Shown here: positions 16,749 through 24,518 of the stretch, piece after piece
Layout: each line of letters starts with the position of its first letter
Position numbering within the stretch: position 1 is the stretch's first letter
Assembly (NCBI GenBank): GCA_020438135.1
Contig: JAGQVF010000059.1
Coordinates: forward strand, 4,216 to 64,371
Origin: Bacteroidales bacterium
Lineage (GTDB): Bacteria; Bacteroidota; Bacteroidia; Bacteroidales; JAADJA01
Length of the DNA: 60,156 bases
Reading direction: 5' to 3'
Notes under the pieces: generated by a model
What the model was told of the DNA's origin: nothing
What the model saw: the letters and a program-made list of their open reading frames with translations, nothing else
The model's database searches: none
Program-made: the position numbers and the translations under genes

Positions 16749-18844
16749 TATCCCTGTTTAAAGTCAAACTTTTCAAAAAATCGTAACAATGCAATTCTTT
16801 TCACCATTTTCCTGAAACCGGAGCGTTTTTTAGGGACAGGACCGATAAAATCACCCAAATTGTCGATATCAACTTTGTTTAAAATAAAACCGATGGGTGT
16901 ATCCTTCCTGATCTTTTGTACCACGTCAAGCATTTTTTTATCTGCTGTGTCCCAACCTCTGTCAGCACGCAATACATAGCCGATGAGATCGAAATCAGTA
17001 TAAAACTGTTCCGGTAAAATATTCCCTATCAATGGTGGAATTTCTTCAAATGTTACATTCCGGTTCTTTTCGTCAGCAATGACATGATTTCCCGACTCCG
17101 GCGAAATATATTTTTCGAAATTCGAAATGAGTGTTGTTTTCCCTTCTCCCGGGTAATGACTGATGATGGCTACCCGCATCGGTTTTTGGAAAGACCCCGT
17201 TCTGTATTTTAATAGATTGTTGAATATTGATTTAATTGTGGCAGATTTGAGATGATCTGGAGAAACAGCACTTTTACCTGAATTTTTTAATGCAGGGAAA
17301 TTCCCCAAACTTAAAAGACCTGTAATTTTTTCAGCTCTGTTTGAATTTTGAAGGGTAGTATCGAAGAAATGGAGCAATAAAAGAATGGCAAAAGTGCCGA
17401 TAAAGCCTGCCAGGGCTGCTGCGATGATAATGAATTTACGTTTGCTTGGTAGCGGGCTTATTGGTAGCACCGGGGGATCAACAATTTTGATATTGGATGA
17501 AAGTTCGATGTCTTGTTGTTTTAATTTTGCCAGGCTGAGGCTGTGAAGAAGTGACAGATATTCCCGTTCCACAACATCAATCTCCCGCTCAATTTTTTTC
17601 AGATTTGCACCCAACGGGGCAAAATGCTGAATCGTTTGTTCAAGTTCAAGTCTTCTTATTTTAAGGGCATTGAGTTTTGCTGCTGCCTCTTCATACGCAA
17701 TTACATTTTGCAACCAGTTGTTAATCACATCGTCCATGCGAAGACCCTCTTTGGTGTTTTCGTAGAAATGAAGTGAATCAATTGTGTTCCGCATTTTTTG
17801 TTTCAGGTCTTCAGCCCTGAATGCAAGTTCGTCAATTGTTTCGGTGGTGGTTACTGTGGAGTCGGTCTGCTGAAAGCGCTGCAAGGCAATTTTTTCATTC
17901 AAAAGATTAAGTTCCGATCTCATCTTAATGATGTTACTTCCCTGCAACTTTAGCTTAACACGGGCTCCCATACTTTCTTCCAGGTTGCTGATAACAGATT
18001 CGGCGGCTGCAAAATCAAGCATTACTGTTTGTCGCTCCAGTTCAAATTTTTCTTTTTCAGAAGCGATGTGTTTGGTTTGCTCATAATAATTGATGATCTT
18101 GTTATCCATGTTGAAATTGAGCAGCTTGCCTTCGGCATTTTGTAACTTATCGTGTGCAATGGCCAACTGTCCTTCGAAATATTGTACCACCTGATCGGTT
18201 TGGTTTTCTTTTAGTTTCGAGTAGCTGTCGATAAATGTGTGCACGAGCAGATTCAACACCTGGTAACATACTGCCGGATCGTCGGAGTCGTAAGTCAGTT
18301 CAATCATGTCGCTGTTGGCAATTCGCTTTGCTTTTACCTGAGAAATGGCCTTGTAACTGTAATGTCTGTGGTTTAGATTGATAAGTTTGTATACATGGTT
18401 CGATTCATCCTTGTTTTTATAGGCGAGCAGATTGTTATAGGTTTTTTCAAGCGAGTTTTTATCTACCAGTTTGAAAATTTCGGGAGGGGTTATTTTTTTT
18501 ACCTCCATCAGGGAGTTTTGAGTTATTACAGGAAGCATTGGTTCATCCTGCATGAGATGCAGGGCATACAGTTTTAGAGCAGTTTCTTCAATGGTGCTGC
18601 GGGCTGTAATCAGGTTGATCAGGTTATCGAATGCATTGTTGATAGCGAAATAATTAAAGGAGGCATTTTGTTGCGATTCGATGGAGTACCCTGAGGCAAT
18701 GCCGGTGTAAACCTTTGTTTTGGATGAATAGGTTTTTGGACTATCCGAGGTAAGCAAAAAAACAAAAAACGCAAGCACTACCGGTATGCCAAAAAGTAGT
18801 GCCAGATTTTTTCGCAATATTTTCAGAAACTCCAATATATTCAT
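16748..18844 (-). CDS. Polysaccharide co-polymerase (Wzz/GumC-like) with a degenerate C-terminal P-loop domain
   Basis: TM1 near the N-terminus, a long coiled-coil periplasmic region, TM2 (IIIAAALAGFIGTFAILLLL), then about 190 aa with a Walker A-like YPGEGKTT. No D(T/S)PP Walker B and no Tyr-rich tail. Confidence 0.8.
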   Translation of the reverse strand: MNILEFLKILRKNLALLFGIPVVLAFFVFLLTSDSPKTYSSKTKVYTGIASGYSIESQQNASFNYFAINNAFDNLINLITARSTIEETALKLYALHLMQDEPMLPVITQNSLMEVKKITPPEIFKLVDKNSLEKTYNNLLAYKNKDESNHVYKLINLNHRHYSYKAISQVKAKRIANSDMIELTYDSDDPAVCYQVLNLLVHTFIDSYSKLKENQTDQVVQYFEGQLAIAHDKLQNAEGKLLNFNMDNKIINYYEQTKHIASEKEKFELERQTVMLDFAAAESVISNLEESMGARVKLKLQGSNIIKMRSELNLLNEKIALQRFQQTDSTVTTTETIDELAFRAEDLKQKMRNTIDSLHFYENTKEGLRMDDVINNWLQNVIAYEEAAAKLNALKIRRLELEQTIQHFAPLGANLKKIEREIDVVEREYLSLLHSLSLAKLKQQDIELSSNIKIVDPPVLPISPLPSKRKFIIIAAALAGFIGTFAILLLLHFFDTTLQNSNRAEKITGLLSLGNFPALKNSGKSAVSPDHLKSATIKSIFNNLLKYRTGSFQKPMRVAIISHYPGEGKTTLISNFEKYISPESGNHVIADEKNRNVTFEEIPPLIGNILPEQFYTDFDLIGYVLRADRGWDTADKKMLDVVQKIRKDTPIGFILNKVDIDNLGDFIGPVPKKRSGFRKMVKRIALLRFFEKFDFKQG

Positions 18845-19599
18845 AACTTCTTGTATTCTAACTGTATGCCTGTAATTAAACTCAGTTTAGCCAGTGATTC
18901 CAGAAATTCCCCATGAGCTATTTCGAACTCAATCTGTGCTTTGTAGAGATTTCTTTCGGTAGATGAATAAGCTGCAAAAGGGATTTTGGAATCGATGAAA
19001 TCTTTTTCAGCTTTTTCTACTTCCAATTCTGACGATTCCATTTGTTTCTCCCTGATCAGCATCACCCTATAATCACTCAGCGATTTAAAATACAACTCGA
19101 TTACATAAGATGAAATTTGTTCTTTTGCCTGTTCCATCTCCTGCACTGCCTTGTCCACGTTGAGCGTAGCAATTTTGATGTTGTTCCTCCGGTTGATAAA
19201 TGCGCTGAGCGGAATTCGTGCAGCGATCCCGGCGCTGTATCGCATCTGTTTGCTGTTGGTAAGCAGGCTGTAGTCGTAATCGTACGAAAACCGGTTCAGC
19301 CATAACTGATCGAATTGGCCATATCCTGCGTCGCCGGTAATGTTAATGTATTCGAACCAATCTTTTTGTTGTTGTTTAAGTTCTTCCTCTTTTAGTTGTG
19401 TTTCGTAGAGATAATAGGAAAACGATCCTGAATGGCCGATGGCTGCATGGATCAGACTATCAAGAGGAGGGAGGTTTAATTCTTCATGAGGATCAGAAAA
19501 AAGTAAAGTATCGGCGGGTATTTGCTGGCCATAACCAAAAAATATTACCATAAAAAAACACACTATGAAAAAGAATGCCGATACCTTACCTGATGTCAT
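18841..19599 (-). CDS. Half-size TolC/OEP-like outer-membrane protein (single repeat)
   Basis: Has a signal/anchor sequence. One unit of the TolC pattern is present: LPPLDSLIHAAIGHS, RYSAGIAARIPL, then long helices (AKEQISSYVIELYFKSL..., NLYKAQIEFEIAHGEFLESLAKLSLITG). It is 252 aa, against about 450 aa for canonical TolC. Confidence 0.5.
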   Translation of the reverse strand: MTSGKVSAFFFIVCFFMVIFFGYGQQIPADTLLFSDPHEELNLPPLDSLIHAAIGHSGSFSYYLYETQLKEEELKQQQKDWFEYINITGDAGYGQFDQLWLNRFSYDYDYSLLTNSKQMRYSAGIAARIPLSAFINRRNNIKIATLNVDKAVQEMEQAKEQISSYVIELYFKSLSDYRVMLIREKQMESSELEVEKAEKDFIDSKIPFAAYSSTERNLYKAQIEFEIAHGEFLESLAKLSLITGIQLEYKKL

Positions 19600-19636
19600 T
19601 TACAAAAGTTTTTTGGGTTTAAGCGATGTTGTGCCA

Positions 19637-20788
19637 TCAAACCGATTCGCTTTGAAAAACAGCCCTGAAGGTTCGCAATATGATCCTGATATCTTTCCAG
19701 AACGTGTATGTGCGGGCATATTCGTTATCGAGTTGCTTGCGTTCTTCCGGAGACATTTCGGTGCTTTTAGCCCGTTTTTCAACCTGCCATAAACCTGTTA
19801 GTCCGGCAGGGGCAATAAATCGTTCGATCCATTCATCGGTCGTTAACAGTTCAGCCTCGTAAAGCGGAATGGGTCGGTTACCAACGATCGACATATCGCC
19901 TTTCAGAACATTGATAAGTTGTGGAAGCTCATCAATACTGCTGTTCCTTATAAATCTGCCAACCTTTGTAATTCTTGGATCATCCTTGATTTTAACAAAA
20001 GAAACCTCTTTCTCCTGCTGCTTCTTTTTGATGAACAACTCTTCGTCAACTTTACCCTCATCGTCAAACAGCTCATTTCTTCCATCGTGGATTGAAAAAT
20101 CAGGATCAAACTTCAATTCGTTTGTATCTGTGTTGACGGCGTATTGATTTAGTTTCTTTAAGTCTTTGATCTTCGCATCAGCATTCATATCCATCGACCT
20201 GAATTTGTAGAAGTCAAAAGTTTTAAAACCTGTTCCGATCCTTTTTGAGGCATAAAACACAGGGCCTCTGGATTCAAGTCTGATGAGAATGGCCACGATA
20301 AGAAAAACCGGCGATAGCAGCAAAAGTGCCGTACCTGCCAAAGCCACATCAAATGCACGTTTTATAAAGGGCATTTGATACTCGAAATATTCGGGTGATG
20401 GAGCCTTTGAAATTTTTGTATTCCTGAATTCTGCGATCAATTGAACACGCGCAGCAAGTTTAACCGGATCGGCCGGAATTGTGTACACATCGTCTACTCC
20501 CTGCGTTAACAATTTTGAATAAACCGAAGTGTTTTGCTTTTCCGTTAGCAGAATGATGATCGTCCGAATGGGGTCGATGCTTTTGTTTAGCCAATCGAGA
20601 TAAGCTGCAATGTTTTCTCCACAGGAAGCCGATTCCAGGACTATTAAGCCGGGTTTATTTTGCCTGAAATAGTCGCTGTTTTCCGTTGCATCCGGAAACA
20701 TGATAAAGTCCAGCGATGGCAATGCTTTAGCAAGCCTGCTATAAAAGTCTTTGTCGTTTCCGATATACGTACCTTTAGTCGGGTTCAT
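19637..20788 (-). CDS. Initiating phosphoglycosyl transferase (Bac_transf family) fused to an N-terminal degenerate receiver (REC-like) domain
   Basis: The C-terminal half carries FDVALAGTALLLLSPVFL (re-entrant helix), KFRSM, DDPRITKVGRFIRNSSIDELPQLINVLKGDMSIVGNRP. The N-terminal ~120 aa have a CheY-like beta-alpha pattern, but with E52 at the acceptor site, T82 kept, and I104 in place of the conserved Lys. Confidence 0.85.
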   Translation of the reverse strand: MNPTKGTYIGNDKDFYSRLAKALPSLDFIMFPDATENSDYFRQNKPGLIVLESASCGENIAAYLDWLNKSIDPIRTIIILLTEKQNTSVYSKLLTQGVDDVYTIPADPVKLAARVQLIAEFRNTKISKAPSPEYFEYQMPFIKRAFDVALAGTALLLLSPVFLIVAILIRLESRGPVFYASKRIGTGFKTFDFYKFRSMDMNADAKIKDLKKLNQYAVNTDTNELKFDPDFSIHDGRNELFDDEGKVDEELFIKKKQQEKEVSFVKIKDDPRITKVGRFIRNSSIDELPQLINVLKGDMSIVGNRPIPLYEAELLTTDEWIERFIAPAGLTGLWQVEKRAKSTEMSPEERKQLDNEYARTYTFWKDIRIILRTFRAVFQSESV

Positions 20789-20799
20789 GATAAATGGTT

Positions 20800-21174
20800 T
20801 TAATTTTTTATTAGCCTGGAAAGCCGGACCTTCAATTCTGCTGGATTAAATGGTTTAACCACATAATCATCTGCTCCCATGTCGAGCATTTTAATGCGTT
20901 CATCAGAGTTGTGGATGCTTGATAGCATGATAATCGGGATTTTGTTGAACATGCCGGATGATTTTACCAGGCTCAGAAATTTGCGTCCATCCAATTCAGG
21001 CATCTGAATGTCGGAAATGATCCCATCCGGAATATTCCCCGACTGAAGCCATGTGAAAGCCGTGTGACCGTTTTCGAAAGTAACTACCTCGTAGTCTTTT
21101 GAGAGGAACATATTCAGCAGGTTCCTGATCTCGTATTTGTCGTCGATTACTATTACCTTTTTTTTCATTTTCAT
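20800..21174 (-). CDS. Stand-alone CheY-like response regulator receiver
   Basis: 124 aa with all canonical residues: VIVIDD, ISDIQMPELDG (acceptor Asp), IIMLSS, DDYVVKPF. Confidence 0.9.
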   Translation of the reverse strand: MKMKKKVIVIDDKYEIRNLLNMFLSKDYEVVTFENGHTAFTWLQSGNIPDGIISDIQMPELDGRKFLSLVKSSGMFNKIPIIMLSSIHNSDERIKMLDMGADDYVVKPFNPAELKVRLSRLIKN

Positions 21175-21189
21175 TTTGATTTTCCCGGG

Positions 21190-23256
21190 TTATTTAACAT
21201 TCGATTGATATAAGTTTGCATTGTTACGATATCCTGAAAGGTTCCGGAACCAATCCGGGTAATTATCGCCTGCACTTTGCGACCAGGCACTGAATTTTAA
21301 ATGGGCATTTGTAATATTTATCTTCTCTGCCGGATAGGTAAAACTTTCCGGAAGGTTTGCTGCCCAGGGATAATTGAAGTATGAGAAATAATACTTTTCA
21401 TTGGCAATATCCGATTGGTCGTGACCCGTTCCAAACAAGCTAAAATCAACCAGATCTGTGGGTGGATATCCCGGCAGGTGAATTTCAACCGACCGGTTGT
21501 TGTTAACGATGATAAATGGATTGTAAGGAGGCAATCCAATTTGATCTTGTGAAAGCGGGTCGTTAAAGGATATTTTCATCCGGATGGTATCCGGTTCAAC
21601 ATAAGGATCTCCATTTCTTGTATTTACATATGTGCCACCCGATGGTACCTGCATCAGTTTGTATGCATCGTCGAAAACGATTACCACAGCCCTGGTTTGT
21701 GCTGCTTCTGTTCCGTTGCTCTGCAGGAAAATTTGGTTGTTAAATAGCGCCTGTCCTTCGACCTGTGAAACAGAAGCAGGATCAATATCCAAAGAAAACC
21801 CAAAGCCGTTTCTGAAACTTCCACCAATAGCCCTGAGAACGAACACGGGCATTAGCTCTACTACCTGATTGCCGGCATTGGTAACAGTTTTAAACTGGTA
21901 ATCGATCACTATATCATTAAAATCATAATCTCCACGAAAAGGCCAGAGATCTTCAAAAGCAAAAGTGCCATAATCGGATGATGAGGGATAATAATTGTTA
22001 TATGCTCTTTCGGGATCGTCAGGGTATTCATCAAATATGTTTGATACGCCATCACCGTCATCATCAAGCGGATCATCAATTATTTGTAAATTATCGGTAT
22101 TGATAGCAGTGATCGGATTTGCCGTAGCATAAAAAACGGCATCGTTAAAATCGTTATCGCATGAGCTGTAATCTCTTCTGATATCCTCAAAACCCAACAA
22201 TATGAGATCACGGTCAGGATCATACAAGAGCACATTGTGTTTCTGAAGATCGGGATCGGTTTCAATATTAAGCGATTGGTGAGAATAGTGCGTGTAATTA
22301 CCTTCATCAACTTGCTGGCCATTCCATCCGTTGCCAACGAGCAGCCATCCTATTGCATATCCGGCCGGGAATGTATCGTTCGGTTCCGTGCTTCCGGGTT
22401 CGAAAAATTTCAATCTTACTTTATTACCCGATTGTAATGCTCCTCCGGAACCGCCATACGAAACATTGGGAAAAATAATGATCCTTTTTTCTATCTCATC
22501 CACTGATTGCGGAGGGTTGTCGAGCGGATAGGTGTAATAACCCAGTGCATTTCGCCAACCTGCACCTTCATGAACAAAAGTTACCCATACTTCGCAGGTC
22601 TCATCAAGAACCAGGTTGGCCTCTAGGCCATTAACAAGGTATTGGGGATGCGATTGGGGTAGAGACGAATTTTCAGGGAGGGTAGCATTAATATCCGCTA
22701 AAAAGTCATTTGTCAATATGTCTCCATTGGGTTCGAGGTAATCAGGATATCCCTGATTGCTGTAACCACCCAGGTATGTAAACGAGGCCGCCTGCTGACT
22801 TTCCAGCCATGAAAAGGATTTGATAGGGCCATCTGTTGGTGTAACCGTGATTTCCGAAGATATGTCCGGAATTTCAACAGGGTATATTTGTCTGAGGCCG
22901 ATATACCTGGGGCACAAAAACAGCGTGTCGAGATAATCAGGAACATTTAACCCGAGTGTTATGCTGCCATTCTGATCAGCGTTTCCTTTGAACAAAAGCT
23001 TACCGGAGTTCTGGATGCTTGAAAAACTTAATCCTTCATTTACAAAAGGATTCTGGCTGTAAACTTCAAAATAGACATCCGCGATTTTTTCGTCCTGCTC
23101 ATTTCTAAAATGTAATGATAGGTACTTATTGGAGGTTGTTTCATAAAGGAAATCGCCCAACACAGTTGGTTCGGGGATATTATTCTCGAATTCCTGTTTC
23201 AGGCAACTGCTCAGCAACAGCAAGCAGGTTGCAAGCGCTGTCATAATTCTAATCAT
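21190..23256 (-). CDS. Lipoprotein with DUF4114-like and LruC domains
   Basis: Lipobox LLLSSC. DUF4114-like block CEVWVTFVHEGAGWRNALGYYTY...CDNDFNDAVFY. Asp-rich Ca-binding-like repeat DDDGDGVSNIFDEYPDDP. LruC-type block FEDLWPFRGDYDFNDIVIDYQF. Domain names are recalled from memory. Confidence 0.7.
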   Translation of the reverse strand: MIRIMTALATCLLLLSSCLKQEFENNIPEPTVLGDFLYETTSNKYLSLHFRNEQDEKIADVYFEVYSQNPFVNEGLSFSSIQNSGKLLFKGNADQNGSITLGLNVPDYLDTLFLCPRYIGLRQIYPVEIPDISSEITVTPTDGPIKSFSWLESQQAASFTYLGGYSNQGYPDYLEPNGDILTNDFLADINATLPENSSLPQSHPQYLVNGLEANLVLDETCEVWVTFVHEGAGWRNALGYYTYPLDNPPQSVDEIEKRIIIFPNVSYGGSGGALQSGNKVRLKFFEPGSTEPNDTFPAGYAIGWLLVGNGWNGQQVDEGNYTHYSHQSLNIETDPDLQKHNVLLYDPDRDLILLGFEDIRRDYSSCDNDFNDAVFYATANPITAINTDNLQIIDDPLDDDGDGVSNIFDEYPDDPERAYNNYYPSSSDYGTFAFEDLWPFRGDYDFNDIVIDYQFKTVTNAGNQVVELMPVFVLRAIGGSFRNGFGFSLDIDPASVSQVEGQALFNNQIFLQSNGTEAAQTRAVVIVFDDAYKLMQVPSGGTYVNTRNGDPYVEPDTIRMKISFNDPLSQDQIGLPPYNPFIIVNNNRSVEIHLPGYPPTDLVDFSLFGTGHDQSDIANEKYYFSYFNYPWAANLPESFTYPAEKINITNAHLKFSAWSQSAGDNYPDWFRNLSGYRNNANLYQSNVK

Positions 23257-23342
23257 TCTTCCTGGGTTTAAAAGAATTACCGTTTTCTACGGATTTTGTA
23301 GCTTTTTTACGTGTGTTACTAATTAATGTTACCTTGCCATAT

Positions 23343-24515
23343 TCACGATTGGTGAGCCGCAGCCGGTTCCTGTTTTGTTGTTCCTTCTTTAAAATTCTTA
23401 AAAGTAAATACCGGAAATGTTATAGTGAAGGTGCTCCCTTTTCCCATTTCACTTTTAAGCTCTATGTTTCCCTGATTGCTTCTAACAAAATCGAGGACCA
23501 GCATAAATCCCAATCCACTTCCTTTTTCCTTATCTGTACCGTAGGTTGTCCATTGGCCATTTCCATATAACAGCATTTTCTGATTTTCATGGCTGATGCC
23601 GATTCCATTGTCTTCAACGGAAATTTTAACATGGTTTTCGACCTCTGTAACAAGAATTGAAATACGCCCCCCACTCGGGGTGAATTTAATAGCGTTTGAC
23701 GTGAGATTTCTGATCACTGTCCCGATCATATTTCTGTCAGCATACAGCTCGATATCGGGGTCTGCTTCAATCAGTAAAGTGATATTCTTTTTGTCGGCTG
23801 CTGGTTTTAGTAAGCCGGCAATACGTTCAATTATTTCCAGAACGTTGAAATGGGTCCGTTCAATTTTTATACCCGAAAGTTTATTTTTTGACCAGAGCAA
23901 AAGGTTTTCGAGCAGGTCGAATGTTTCGTTGGTGGTGTTCAACAGCATTTCGACCAGTTCGTTAAAGTTCGCCCTGTCAATAAAGTTGCCCTGCAGCGCA
24001 GCCAGTACACTTTTAATATTGGCCAGCGGCGACCGAATATCGTGAGCAATGATTGCATACAATTTATCTCTGGATTTAATGGTCTCCTTGAGTTCTTCAG
24101 TTTGAATCGCCAGCAACCGTTTTTGCCGGAGGATTTCAAGCTGCGTGTCAACCCTGGCAAATAACTCTCTCTTTTTAAAGGGTTTCGTTATATAATCGAT
24201 GCCTCCTACTTCAAAACCCCTGACTATGTTATTGGTTTCTGTAAGCGCAGTAATAAAAATAACAGGAATGTCACGCGTGTTTTCATTTGATTTGAGAACC
24301 GAACAAACCTCGAATCCATCCATTCCGGGCATCATGATGTCGAGAAGAATCAGATCGATTTTTACAGATTCTACGGTTTTGAGTGCATCGGGGCCACTGA
24401 ATGCGACTGTCAGATCAAAGTTCTTCTCCCTCAATGCCAGACCCAACACCTTGATATTATCCTTGTTGTCGTCAACAATCAGTATTGAGTATTTCTCTTG
24501 TTCCATATTTTCCAC
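23343..24515 (-). CDS. Receiver-histidine kinase hybrid (REC-HisKA-HATPase_c)
   Basis: REC: ILIVDDNKDN, DLILLDIMMPGMDG, ITKPF. H-box: YAIIAHDIRSPLANI. N/G boxes: RNLTSNAIKFT, DNGIGI, GSGLGF. No TM helix. Confidence 0.9.
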   Translation of the reverse strand: MENMEQEKYSILIVDDNKDNIKVLGLALREKNFDLTVAFSGPDALKTVESVKIDLILLDIMMPGMDGFEVCSVLKSNENTRDIPVIFITALTETNNIVRGFEVGGIDYITKPFKKRELFARVDTQLEILRQKRLLAIQTEELKETIKSRDKLYAIIAHDIRSPLANIKSVLAALQGNFIDRANFNELVEMLLNTTNETFDLLENLLLWSKNKLSGIKIERTHFNVLEIIERIAGLLKPAADKKNITLLIEADPDIELYADRNMIGTVIRNLTSNAIKFTPSGGRISILVTEVENHVKISVEDNGIGISHENQKMLLYGNGQWTTYGTDKEKGSGLGFMLVLDFVRSNQGNIELKSEMGKGSTFTITFPVFTFKNFKEGTTKQEPAAAHQS

Positions 24516-24518
24516 GTT

